Positions 1 through 8,541 are shown, numbered from the stretch's first letter. The stretch: 64,000 bases of DNA from Candidatus Parcubacteria bacterium (GCA_039798445.1 JBDKFZ010000017.1:4195-68194), one strand, 5' to 3'. The notes: generated by a model from the letters alone, not told the origin. A program made the numbers and translations.

Positions 1-657
1 ATAACGAGGCCGGTGAATTGTTCGAGTTCCTGCATCGTCTCCGTTTGTTTTAGTTCACGGAGATCGAGCGTTTTTTTATACTCTTCTGGTTCTGCTGCTT
101 TGAATGCGGCGTCTTCAAGCTCACCTTTGAATTGACCAATACCAAGGCGGTGTGCAATCGGCGCGTAGATTTGAAGCGTTTCTTCCGCTATGCGGATTTG
201 TTTATCACGACGAAGGGACCCAATGGTGTGAAGATTGTGGAGACGGTCGGAGAGCTTGATGAGGATGACGCGGTTGTCCGCTGCGGTAGCGACAAAGAGC
301 TTGCGGAGCGTATCGCTGTGCCGTTTGAGGCCTTGGTATTTGAGATGTCCGAGCTTCGTAACGCCTTCGACGAGAAAGAGAATTTCGTCTCCGAACTCTC
401 GCTGAATATCCTCCGCTGTTGTTGTCGTGTCTTCGATAGTGTCGTGGAGAAGTCCTGCGGCGATAGTTTGAGCGTCGGTGCCGAGGCGTATGAGATTCTT
501 GGCGGTTTCGATGAGGTGGTCGAAATACGGTCCACCCGATTCACGCACTTGTCCGTGGTGCGCCTTCTCGGCGAAAGCGTAGGCTTTCGCTATAAGAGCT
601 CGGTCGTCTTCATCGTCCGTGTGGAGGAGAGATAGGAGATTCTGTAGTCCTGGTTCC
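1..657 (-). CDS. RelA/SpoT-family (p)ppGpp synthetase/hydrolase, N-terminal HD domain; 3' end runs off the window edge (partial)
   Basis: Reverse-complement translation from the ATG at 657 gives MEPGLQNLLSLLHTDDEDDRALIAKAYAFAEKAHHGQVRESGGPYFDHLIETAKNL...LLHDTIEDT..., the classic HD-hydrolase motifs of RelA/SpoT. Not in the ORF track because it is truncated by the window. TGgTATTAT extended -10 lies about 7 nt upstream of the ATG. Confidence 0.7.
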
Positions 658-688
658 ATGTTGGATAATACCATAAAAGAAAACGACC

Positions 689-1033
689 TCACCCCTGGGA
701 GGGCGAGGCCGCAATGCGGTAGTCCGGCGATGCGAGGACGTCCTCGAGTTGCAGAAGTCCTCCAGCTCGGAAAAACACGATGTGCACCCTTGATCCCCGG
801 GTCGCTGCGACGAGCTCGTCGCGGTACGTTGGTCCAAGGATGCTCGGAGAAAGCAGCACCTTCTGGAAGTGTTCCTGGTCTACCGGTTTGCCTGCAAGGA
901 GAGTCGGCACGTCGGTGATCGGCGACCACCCGAAGATGTGGTTCAGAGCTTCGAACATCCCTTCCGCCTGCTGGCGAAAAATGAGCACCCCGCCCGCAGT
1001 TCCTCGCTGCACGAGCACTTGTGATTCACGCAT
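689..1033 (-). CDS. hypothetical protein (114 aa), higher GC than surroundings
   Basis: ORF with GGAGG Shine-Dalgarno 6 nt upstream of the ATG; about 60% GC; no family recognised from sequence. Confidence 0.5.
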   Translation of the reverse strand: MRESQVLVQRGTAGGVLIFRQQAEGMFEALNHIFGWSPITDVPTLLAGKPVDQEHFQKVLLSPSILGPTYRDELVAATRGSRVHIVFFRAGGLLQLEDVLASPDYRIAASPSQG

Positions 1034-1099
1034 CGTTGCCTCCTCGTCGGTTGTGCTGTCTGCCGCTAGAATACGCCGAAAGAGAACGGGGTCAAGTCT

Positions 1100-3307
1100 T
1101 TATTCCGCCTTCTTCTTTCGTGCAAATCCGCGCTTCTTCTTGGGTTCTTTGAGGATCTCGAGTGCGCGTTCGAGGGTGATTTTGTAAACGTCGTCTGTCT
1201 TGAGCGAGCGGAAGTCGCCATCGTGACCGATGTATGGGCCAAAACGTCCGATGTTTGCGACGATTGGTTTCTGGCTCTCTGGGTGAACGCCGAGTTCACG
1301 AGGAAGACTCAAGTACACAAGTGCATCTTCGACGCTCACGCTGTCGAGATCTTTTTCTTTCGGAATGCTTGCACGGCGAGGTTTCTTATTCTTTTTATCT
1401 TTGACACCAACCTGAACATACGGGCCATACGGACCGTTGAGAACGAAGATTGATTCGCCGGTTTCAGGATACGTACCGATTGCTTCAGGGCTCTTCACTT
1501 CTTCACCTTCTTTGGTGCGCGCACCGGTACATTCGGGGAAGCGTGCACAGCTCATGAACGTGCCGTTTTTGCCGAGCTTCATCACCATCGCATTCTGGCA
1601 GAGCGGACATGTGAATTCGGCAGGCGCGTCGCCGAGGTTGGTAATCTTGTTTGCGTCTTTTGATTTCTTTGCGACTTCTTTTTTGAAAGGAGTATAAAAA
1701 TCTCCGAGCGTCTTCGCGTACTCGCGCTTACCGAGTGCAATATCGTCGAGTTCATCTTCCATTTCTGATGTGAACGAATCACTGATGTACGTGGGGAAGT
1801 TGTCTTCGACAAATGTGCTCACGACATCGCCGGTGTCGGTGGGGGTGAGTGTACGGCCTTCTTTGGTGACATATCCACGCGTCTCGAGCGTGTTGATGAT
1901 TGATGCGTATGTTGACGGACGTCCGATACCGCGCTTCTCGAGCTCTTTGATGAGACCTGCTTCTGAATAGCGTGATGGCGGCTGAGTTTCTTTTTGAGTA
2001 TCAGTAATAGAAAGGAAATCGAGCTCGTCACCGTCATTTACTTTCGGATGTTCGACATCTTCGCCGCGTGCTGCGGTGTCGGCTGCGAGCCATCCTGGGA
2101 AGATGACACGGCTGCCTGTTGCTGAGAATTCAGGAACATCTTTGTGATCTGCGACCGCGGTGATTTTTGTCTGCATCAATTCGGCAGGCGACATCTGGCT
2201 CGCAACGGCGCGTGTCCAGATGAGCTGGTAGAGGCGCTGTTCGTCGTCTGTTGCACCTGCTTTGAATGTACCGGCATTCGTCGGGCGGACCGCTTCATGC
2301 GCTTCCTGTGCATTCTTGCTCTTGCTTGCGTACTTGGTTGGGCGAACATACTCTTTGCCAAATTTTTCAGCGACGACCGAAGCAATCTGGGCCTCAGCCT
2401 GTACAGCAAGGTTTGTGCTGTCGGTACGCATGTAGGTGATGTGACCCTTTTCGTACAACTTCTGCGCTGCACGCATCGTGCGGAACGGCGAGAAGCCGAG
2501 TCGTGTGCTTGCTGATTGCTGGAGCGTCGACGTAGTGAACGGTGCCTTTGGTTGTCGTGATACCGATGTCTCTTTGACGCTTCCAACTTTCCAATCAGCT
2601 CCAGGAGCGGCTTTAAGGATTGCATCGACAACTTTGCGATCGGTGAATTCTTCTGCAGCGGTGAGGAGAAGTTTGTCTTTCTTTGGTGTCTCGAACTCAG
2701 CCGAGAGTACCCAGTATGTCTGAGGATTGAACGCACGGATTTCGCGCTCGCGCTCCATGATGATGCGAAGTGCAGGGGACTGAACGCGTCCTGCCGAGAG
2801 ACCGTAACGGACCTTTTTCCAGATGAGACCAGAGAGGTCATAACCTACCAAACGGTCGAGCACGCGACGCGCCTCTTGTGCTTGGCGAAGATTCTCATCA
2901 ATTGCGCGTGGGTGTTTGAGCGCTTCGGTCACCGCATCTTTGGTGATCTCGTGAAAGACAATGCGGGATACCTTCTTACCACCTTTCTTCTTCTCGAGTC
3001 CAAGTGCCTGCACCAAGTGCCATGCGATTGCTTCTCCTTCTCGGTCGGGGTCAGTTGCCAAGAGAATCTCGTCTGCTTTCGATACCTCAGATTTGAGTTC
3101 GCTGATGATCTCGCGCTTCTCAGGAACAATCTGATAGTTCGGCACAAAGCCCGCCTCGATATCGATGGCATTCTTGTTGCTCTTTGGAAGATCGCGCACA
3201 TGTCCGACGCTCGCTTTGACGACGAACTTTGTGTCGCTTCCTTCAGAGAGATATTTTTCGATCGTCTTTGCCTTTGCAGGTGATTCAACGATGACGAGGG
3301 TAGTCAT
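1100..3307 (-). CDS. topA: DNA topoisomerase I
   Basis: 735 aa. TOPRIM N-terminus (VIVESPAKAKTIEKYL), type IA core, C-terminal zinc ribbon CPLCQNAMVMKLGKNGTFMSCARFPEC, basic tail. Confidence 0.95.
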   Translation of the reverse strand: MTTLVIVESPAKAKTIEKYLSEGSDTKFVVKASVGHVRDLPKSNKNAIDIEAGFVPNYQIVPEKREIISELKSEVSKADEILLATDPDREGEAIAWHLVQALGLEKKKGGKKVSRIVFHEITKDAVTEALKHPRAIDENLRQAQEARRVLDRLVGYDLSGLIWKKVRYGLSAGRVQSPALRIIMEREREIRAFNPQTYWVLSAEFETPKKDKLLLTAAEEFTDRKVVDAILKAAPGADWKVGSVKETSVSRQPKAPFTTSTLQQSASTRLGFSPFRTMRAAQKLYEKGHITYMRTDSTNLAVQAEAQIASVVAEKFGKEYVRPTKYASKSKNAQEAHEAVRPTNAGTFKAGATDDEQRLYQLIWTRAVASQMSPAELMQTKITAVADHKDVPEFSATGSRVIFPGWLAADTAARGEDVEHPKVNDGDELDFLSITDTQKETQPPSRYSEAGLIKELEKRGIGRPSTYASIINTLETRGYVTKEGRTLTPTDTGDVVSTFVEDNFPTYISDSFTSEMEDELDDIALGKREYAKTLGDFYTPFKKEVAKKSKDANKITNLGDAPAEFTCPLCQNAMVMKLGKNGTFMSCARFPECTGARTKEGEEVKSPEAIGTYPETGESIFVLNGPYGPYVQVGVKDKKNKKPRRASIPKEKDLDSVSVEDALVYLSLPRELGVHPESQKPIVANIGRFGPYIGHDGDFRSLKTDDVYKITLERALEILKEPKKKRGFARKKKAE

Positions 3308-3353
3308 GAGGTCAGTTGATACTATAGATGTGTGAGGATTGCAAATCGTCTAC

Positions 3354-4229
3354 TTATTTTAAACGCTCAATTTTCCCCAAACGATGTGTGACGATGCCTT
3401 TGATTTCCATCATTGAAACGGTGATCGATACCTCGCTCGTCGGTATGCCAGTTGTGCGGACGAGATCATCAAATGAAAGTGATGGATTGAGTGCAGAGAG
3501 GATCGTTCGCTCGTTCGTTGAGAGATTATCGAATGATAGTTGAACAGGTTGCTCTGATGAGGGAGTGAGACCGAGCGCTTCAAGAATATCGTCTGACGAT
3601 GTGACGATTTGTGCACCGTCGCGTAGCAACGCATTCGAGCCTTGGTGATTGGGAGAGAAGAGCGGGCCGGGGACAACGAGCACAGAACGATCATAGCTGA
3701 GAGCAAGTCCTGCGGTGATGAGTGTTCCGGACTTTTTCCCCGCTTCGACGATGAGCGTTGCATGAGAGATGCCGGCCATGATGCGATTGCGTCGTGGGAA
3801 GTGCCATTCACCCAAAGCACCGATGTCGCGATGTTCGCTGATGAGTGCACCATTGTGATGGAGAATCTCTTGCGCGAGACGCATGTGTGATTGCGGGTAT
3901 ATCTCCGAGTCCGCAAGTCCATATCCGGGAAATGCAATCGTGGGTATACCAACCTCAAGCGCGGCGCGATGAGCGATGGCGTCGATACCAAGCGCTAGCC
4001 CCGAGACGATAACCACCGCATGCCCTGCCAAGCCCGCAATGAGCTTCTCGCAGGCCGCTTTGCCGTACTCGGAGAACTTGCGGGAGCCGACAACACAGAG
4101 GTACCGATAGATAGAGGGGTCGGGGAGGGCACCTCGGATAAAGAGGGCTTTTGGCGGGTCGGTCATCTCGGCCAAAAGGGGCGGCCAAGCTTTCGGGTCG
4201 AGCTCGGTGATAGAGGAGTGCTCATTCAT
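3354..4229 (-). CDS. dprA: DNA processing protein A (DprA/Smf)
   Basis: Rossmann-like DprA core LCVVGSRKFSEYGKAACEKLIAGLAGHAVVIVSGLALGIDAIAHRAALEVGIPTIAFPGYGL. Start chosen at the internal ATG (MNEHSSITELDPKAWPP; 292 aa); the longer track ORF (to 4631) has a low-complexity N-terminus overlapping serS on the opposite strand. Usual dprA-topA order. Confidence 0.85.
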   Translation of the reverse strand: MNEHSSITELDPKAWPPLLAEMTDPPKALFIRGALPDPSIYRYLCVVGSRKFSEYGKAACEKLIAGLAGHAVVIVSGLALGIDAIAHRAALEVGIPTIAFPGYGLADSEIYPQSHMRLAQEILHHNGALISEHRDIGALGEWHFPRRNRIMAGISHATLIVEAGKKSGTLITAGLALSYDRSVLVVPGPLFSPNHQGSNALLRDGAQIVTSSDDILEALGLTPSSEQPVQLSFDNLSTNERTILSALNPSLSFDDLVRTTGIPTSEVSITVSMMEIKGIVTHRLGKIERLK

Positions 4230-4278
4230 CGGTCGTACTATATAATGAGCAGATAAAGCACCCATAAAGCCCACTGCC

Positions 4279-5547
4279 ATGCTTGATATAAATTTCATTC
4301 GAGACAATAAAGACATCGTTATCGCCGGAGCCAAAAAGAAGCACGTTGATGTCGATATTGAGGCCCTCATCAAAGTTGATGACGAACGTCGAGAGATTCT
4401 CAGGGTTGTCGAAGATCTTCGCGCAAAACAGAACGTTGCTACGGAAGCAATTGCCAAGAACGGTCCCGACCGCGACGCACTCATTGCAGAGATGCGCACC
4501 GTCAAAGAAGAACTTGCGGGTAAAGAAGAAAAGCTCAAAGAGCTCATGGTTGTGTGGCGCGAGCTCATGCTCCAAGTCCCGAACGTTCCTGATATCTCTG
4601 TCCCAGATGGTGTGAGCGATGCGGACAACAAAGAAGTAAAAGTGTGGGGTGAGAAGCCGACATTTGATTTTACACCGAAGGATCATATCGAACTCATGAC
4701 GGCTCTCGATATGGTTGACCTCGAGCGTGGTTCAAAAGTTGCAGGATTCCGAGGGTACTTTCTTAAGGGTGCAGGTGCGGAACTTCAGTCTGCGCTTTGG
4801 CGATTCGTTGAGGACTTCTTCCGTGCTAAGGGTGGTTTTGTACCAATGATTGTTCCTTCGCTTGTTCGTCCAGAAGTTTTCTTGGGCACAGGATATTTGC
4901 CACAAGGTGAAGAGGATTTGTATAAAACACAGGATGGAGAATATCTCGCGGGAACCGCTGAGGTGGCGACGATGGGTTATTACATGAACGATGTGCTTGA
5001 GAAGAAAGATTTACCTATGAAGTTTCTTTCTTTCTCGGATGCATTTCGTCGTGAAGCGGGAAGCCATGGAAAAGACACGCGTGGAATTCTTCGTGTGCAT
5101 GAGTTCTATAAGTACGAACAAGTGGTGCTCTGTGAAGCGTCGCACACTGAGTCGGTCAAATACCACGAAGAGATTCAACGAAATACCGAAGAACTTACTG
5201 AAGCACTCGGTCTTCACTATCACGTTGTAGCGAACTGCGGTGGTGATATCGGCCTCGGACAGGTGAAGAAGTACGACATCGAGGTCTGGTTGCCGTCTGA
5301 GAACACGTACCGAGAAACTGGGTCAGCCTCGTACTTCCATGATTTCCAGACGCGTCGTTTGAATATTCGCTATAAAGACGACGATGGAAAAATGAAATTT
5401 GTACACTCTTTGAACAACACCGCCCTTTCTGGACGACCGCTCATCATGATTGTTGAGAACTACCAGAATGCTGATGGTTCGATTACGATTCCCGAGGCGC
5501 TTCGCCCATATATGGGGGGACGCGAGAAGATCACTCTCAATAAATAG
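4279..5547 (+). CDS. serS: seryl-tRNA synthetase
   Basis: 422 aa; N-terminal coiled-coil arm MLDINFIRDNKDIV..., class II core motifs. Divergent from dprA, with TACTATATAAT -10-like box in the 50-bp spacer. Confidence 0.95.
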   Translation: MLDINFIRDNKDIVIAGAKKKHVDVDIEALIKVDDERREILRVVEDLRAKQNVATEAIAKNGPDRDALIAEMRTVKEELAGKEEKLKELMVVWRELMLQVPNVPDISVPDGVSDADNKEVKVWGEKPTFDFTPKDHIELMTALDMVDLERGSKVAGFRGYFLKGAGAELQSALWRFVEDFFRAKGGFVPMIVPSLVRPEVFLGTGYLPQGEEDLYKTQDGEYLAGTAEVATMGYYMNDVLEKKDLPMKFLSFSDAFRREAGSHGKDTRGILRVHEFYKYEQVVLCEASHTESVKYHEEIQRNTEELTEALGLHYHVVANCGGDIGLGQVKKYDIEVWLPSENTYRETGSASYFHDFQTRRLNIRYKDDDGKMKFVHSLNNTALSGRPLIMIVENYQNADGSITIPEALRPYMGGREKITLNK

Positions 5548-5568
5548 TTTCTGCTGTAAGCTGTAGGC

Positions 5569-6441
5569 ATGCTCCGACGCTTCACATCCGAACGCATCCG
5601 TAAGGCGCACCACAAACGCATTGCTTTGACGGTGAGCATTTGGGCCGGCCTCATCATCTCGTCGATACTCCTCATTCTCGTTCTTTTTTCGAGCAAGCAG
5701 ATAGCAATCACGTCGATATCGTTCGAAGGCAACAAAGCGATTACCGATGAAGAATTGTTTGCTGTAGCTGCGCCGCATCTCGAAGGCTCGTATCTTCATC
5801 TCTTCTCGCGACGCAATATTTTCATTTTTCCAAAGAACGATATCGAAGCGGACATCCACGCTTCATTTGTGAGAGCAGAAGAAGTCGCCATCGATCGTGA
5901 TGGATTCTCAAAACTACTTATAGCTGTAGTGGAACGTGATCCTTCAGGATTGTGGTGTGGATTGACCACAACATCGCTCGCTCCCTGTTATTTTGTCGAT
6001 GAGACAGCACTTGCGTTTGCACCTGCACCGCGCATGAGCGGTAGCTCTTTCATTGCATACGAACGAGCACTTCCACTCAAGCCGATTGGTAGACAGCTTG
6101 TGCCTCAAGAAGAATTTGATGCGCTCAACGATTTCATTGGCTTCATCGCGACGCTCGGATTTAATACGCGCCGTGTCGTATGGAAAGAAGATGCACTCGA
6201 GCTCATGACGACATTTGCTACAAAGACCGGTGAGGAGGATGTGCGACTTCGTGTGCCGCTCGCGGGTCCATATGAACAAGCTTTCACCAATCTCGCCTCA
6301 ATCGTTCAGTCACAAAAAAATAAAAGTGTAGGGGCAGACGAGGAGCCATTTATCTTTGCTGGCCTGGAATACATCGACCTTCGTTTCGAAAACAGAATTT
6401 TTTATAAACAAGAAGCCGGAGCTTCTTCAGTCGTCGAATAG
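5569..6441 (+). CDS. FtsQ/DivIB-like cell division protein (POTRA domain)
   Basis: Short cytoplasmic N-terminus, one TM (LIISSILLILVLF), POTRA-like ISFEGNKAITDEELFAVAAPHLEGSYLHLFSRRNIFIFPKNDIEADI...LLIAVVERDPSGLW. Confidence 0.6.
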   Translation: MLRRFTSERIRKAHHKRIALTVSIWAGLIISSILLILVLFSSKQIAITSISFEGNKAITDEELFAVAAPHLEGSYLHLFSRRNIFIFPKNDIEADIHASFVRAEEVAIDRDGFSKLLIAVVERDPSGLWCGLTTTSLAPCYFVDETALAFAPAPRMSGSSFIAYERALPLKPIGRQLVPQEEFDALNDFIGFIATLGFNTRRVVWKEDALELMTTFATKTGEEDVRLRVPLAGPYEQAFTNLASIVQSQKNKSVGADEEPFIFAGLEYIDLRFENRIFYKQEAGASSVVE

Positions 6442-6482
6442 ATAAAATAGTGACGGCCGCCTCCCTGTGGGGGAGAGCGGCC
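6441..6482 (-). terminator. rho-independent terminator for the minus-strand small-ORF cassette
   Basis: GGCCGCCTCCC-tgtg-GGGAG(A)GCGGCC hairpin followed on the minus strand by GTCACTATTTTATC. Confidence 0.5.
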
Positions 6483-6512
6483 GTGGTGACGGGTTAGACC
6501 CGTCGGGGTCGT

Positions 6513-6656
6513 TCAGGTGAAATCGTTGGTGCGGTTCTGTCCGCGCTGGCGGGGCTTCCCGCGCGGAGCGGTGTTGGGCTTGACCGTCACGCCCTGCCGT
6601 CGCAGGCGACGCCGTTGCTCCTGGAGCTCCTTGCGGGTGAGTCTGTTGGTACCCAA
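6513..6656 (-). CDS. small basic ORF P3 (47 aa, TTG start) in the high-GC cassette
   Basis: GGAG Shine-Dalgarno 7 nt upstream of TTG; LGTNRLTRKELQEQRRRLRRQGVTVKPNTAPRGKPRQRGQNRTNDFT; ends at the TGA immediately before the terminator. It is the C-terminal part of the longer 187-aa track ORF 6513..7076, which is the alternative reading. Confidence 0.3.
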   Translation of the reverse strand: MGTNRLTRKELQEQRRRLRRQGVTVKPNTAPRGKPRQRGQNRTNDFT

Positions 6657-6678
6657 AGTTAGTTCTCCTCTGAGAAAC

Positions 6679-6828
6679 CTAGTTGGCCTGCTCAGCTTCA
6701 GCGTCGGACTCTTCCTGTTCGTCGGGGATCTCCCGGACGATTTGCTGGTTCGCCTTGCGGCGCTCGGCGCGAGCTTCCCGTCGGGACTGTTCGCGCGCGC
6801 GTTCCTTGACCCACCGTGGCGCTCCCAT
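6679..6828 (-). CDS. small ORF P2 (49 aa) in the high-GC cassette
   Basis: ATG preceded by AAGGGG; MGAPRWVKERAREQSRREARAERRKANQQIVREIPDEQEESDAEAEQAN (basic N-terminus, acidic tail). Same frame as P1, separated by TAA plus 4 codons. Confidence 0.3.
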   Translation of the reverse strand: MGAPRWVKERAREQSRREARAERRKANQQIVREIPDEQEESDAEAEQAN

Positions 6829-6840
6829 GAGTGCCCCTTG

Positions 6841-7050
6841 TTAGGCCGAGTTGCGGGCAAGCCGCAGGAACCGATCGTTGAGCGCCCGCAGGAAGCTCTG
6901 CTTGATGCGGATCTTCCACATACGACGGTCGCGACGCTTGTCGCGACTGACCTGCACCCTCTGGGCGACGGCGTGGCGTCTGGAAGCTGCCGGCCGGCGG
7001 CGCTTCCCGGTACGGACCGAATTCTGCCGTCGCTGCGGGTTCTTGGGCAT
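6841..7050 (-). CDS. small arginine-rich ORF P1 (69 aa) in the high-GC cassette
   Basis: Textbook AGGAGG Shine-Dalgarno 8 nt upstream of the ATG; MPKNPQRRQNSVRTGKRRRPAASRRHAVAQRVQVSRDKRRDRRMWKIRIKQSFLRALNDRFLRLARNSA; about 70% GC. Confidence 0.45.
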   Translation of the reverse strand: MPKNPQRRQNSVRTGKRRRPAASRRHAVAQRVQVSRDKRRDRRMWKIRIKQSFLRALNDRFLRLARNSA

Positions 7051-7119
7051 GAAGCTTTCCTCCTGATGACGAGCATCGTCCGCTTGATTGCGGATCAATG
7101 TCGTGTGCATCTGGACGAG

Positions 7120-7148
7120 AATCTACCATTTGAATCAGATACTGGCAA
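7120..7148 (-). promoter_or_regulatory. putative sigma70-type promoter driving the minus-strand cassette
   Basis: On the minus strand: TTGCCA-N17-TAGATT with TG extension, about 60 nt upstream of P1; sits in low-GC DNA overlapping the dus start region. Confidence 0.3.
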
Positions 7149-7153
7149 GTGCT

Positions 7154-8149
7154 ATGGTGTCGTCTGTGGAAAACACCTTCTGGAACAAATTACCCAAGCC
7201 ATTCTTTTGTCTCGCGCCGCTTGCCGACGTGACCGATCCTGCATTCCGCAGAGTCATCGCAAAGTATGGCAAGCCCGACGTTTTGTGGACAGAATTCGTC
7301 TCTGCAGACGGTTTGTTCAAGGGTGGCTACGATGCATTGATCAAAGGATTGCAATACACCGAAGAAGAGCGCCCCATCATCGCGCAGTTCTTTAGTCGTG
7401 AGCCTGAGTTGATGGCAAAGGCCACTGAGCTTGCTACCGAAATGGGATTTGATGGCGTTGATGTAAACATGGGATGTCCTGACGAGAATGTCTGCAAGCA
7501 AGGTGCAGGTGCGGCGATTATGAAAGATCCCGAGCGTGCGCAAGCAATCATCCTTGCGATGAAGGAGGCGAGTGCAAAGAGTTCACGACCGATTCCTGTG
7601 GCGGTGAAGACGCGCATCGGCTACAACGAGAACGAAGTGGAGACGTGGATTCCGCAGATTCTTTCCGCGAAGCCTGATGTGCTTACGATTCACGCACGCA
7701 CCAAAAAAGAGATGTCAAAAGTCGCTGCACATTGGGATGTGGTCAAACGGGTCGTCGAGATTCGCGATGAGATTCAAAAAGACGATGCAGTGAAGACGCT
7801 CATCATCGGCAATGGGGATGTGGTTGATATTGCTGATGCACGAACAAAAGCAGAAGAGACCGGATGCGACGGAGTAATGCTCGGCCGTGCGATCTTCGGT
7901 AACCCATGGCAATTTGCAAGCGAACACGGCGATCGCCCCGATCTCAAAGGTCGTCTCGCAGTTCTTGCTGAACACATTAAACTTTTTGATGAACTGCTCA
8001 CAGGCAAACGCTCATTTGCAACCATGAAGAAACACTTCAAGTCATATATTCAAGGACCTGATGGTGATAAACAGCTCGTTATCAAGCTCATGGAAGAGGC
8101 GCGAACGCCGAAGGAGGCGTTGGAGATTATAGAGGGCTACCAAATCTAA
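7154..8149 (+). CDS. dus: tRNA-dihydrouridine synthase (DusB-like, TIM-barrel flavoenzyme)
   Basis: PFFCLAPLADVTDPAFRRVIAKYG...VDVNMGCPDENVCKQGAGAAIMKDPE...IPVAVKTRIG. Start set at the internal ATG (MVSSVENTFWNKLPK); the longer ORF beginning at 7088 is possible. Confidence 0.85.
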   Translation: MVSSVENTFWNKLPKPFFCLAPLADVTDPAFRRVIAKYGKPDVLWTEFVSADGLFKGGYDALIKGLQYTEEERPIIAQFFSREPELMAKATELATEMGFDGVDVNMGCPDENVCKQGAGAAIMKDPERAQAIILAMKEASAKSSRPIPVAVKTRIGYNENEVETWIPQILSAKPDVLTIHARTKKEMSKVAAHWDVVKRVVEIRDEIQKDDAVKTLIIGNGDVVDIADARTKAEETGCDGVMLGRAIFGNPWQFASEHGDRPDLKGRLAVLAEHIKLFDELLTGKRSFATMKKHFKSYIQGPDGDKQLVIKLMEEARTPKEALEIIEGYQI

Positions 8150-8160
8150 ATTGGGAAATA

Positions 8161-8188
8161 TTGACAATTGTGATAAACAACTTATAAT
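8161..8188 (+). promoter_or_regulatory. consensus sigma70 promoter (TTGACA-N16-TATAAT)
   Basis: Perfect -35 TTGACA and -10 TATAAT with 16-nt spacer, followed by AAGGAGG Shine-Dalgarno (8200-8206) and ATG at 8212. Confidence 0.6.
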
Positions 8189-8211
8189 ACCTTTCAGACA
8201 AGGAGGAACTG

Positions 8212-8478
8212 ATGTCGAGAGAAGATAGTGTTATCGCGCTTTACGCTTCGATTCGTGATGAGCTTCATTTGACCCCTGAGGAGGACTATCACTTCTCAAC
8301 GATGGTCAACTCAGCTCTCTATCCGTCGAGGGACGTCGCTGTAGACTTCGTTCGTGGGGGATTGGCAGCGATGTCGCGTCTCCCCAACCTCCAGAAGGCC
8401 GTGAGCTGGTTTCAGCGCGAAGTGGATTCTCTCCCAGATCAACCTGTAGGGGAAGATGTGCCTGAAATCGCTCTCTAA
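8212..8478 (+). CDS. hypothetical small acidic protein (88 aa)
   Basis: Strong promoter and Shine-Dalgarno upstream, own terminator downstream; no recognisable domain. Confidence 0.6.
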   Translation: MSREDSVIALYASIRDELHLTPEEDYHFSTMVNSALYPSRDVAVDFVRGGLAAMSRLPNLQKAVSWFQREVDSLPDQPVGEDVPEIAL

Positions 8479-8485
8479 GACCCTC

Positions 8486-8541
8486 AGCCGCCCAAAAGGA
8501 AGTCGCCCATCTGCGCTTCTCGGGCGGCTTTCTGTTTTTGC
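8486..8541 (+). terminator. rho-independent terminator (Y-shaped hairpin plus T tract)
   Basis: AGCCGCCC...GGGCGGCT stem enclosing a GAAG/CTTC inner stem, then TTCTGTTTTTGC. Confidence 0.4.

Noticed and set aside
132-635. 167-aa plus-strand ORF at the left edge
   Set aside because: Antisense to a convincing RelA/SpoT HD-domain gene on the minus strand; no start signals; likely a shadow ORF.
2176-2841. 221-aa minus-strand ORF inside topA (different frame)
   Set aside because: Overlaps the well-supported topA reading frame; Ser/Arg-rich low-complexity product.
4222-4686. 154-aa minus-strand ORF extending dprA N-terminus / overlapping serS
   Set aside because: Overlaps serS in antisense; the dprA start is better placed at 4229, where the conserved domain begins and a divergent promoter spacer exists.
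6841-7050. P1-P3 as ribosomal proteins (bL34, bL35, bS21, bS20, bL28, bS22)
   Set aside because: Only generic basic composition is shared; none of the family-specific motifs or lengths match on inspection. Profile searches are still needed.
6513-7076. 187-aa minus-strand ORF across the high-GC island
   Set aside because: Mostly low-complexity; only its last 47 codons (P3) have a Shine-Dalgarno; kept as an alternative reading but not preferred.
6517-7395. 292-aa plus-strand ORF spanning the high-GC island into dus
   Set aside because: Low-complexity Arg/Ser/Leu-rich translation typical of spurious long ORFs in GC-rich DNA; runs through the dus start in another frame; minus-strand small ORFs have proper Shine-Dalgarno sites and a terminator.
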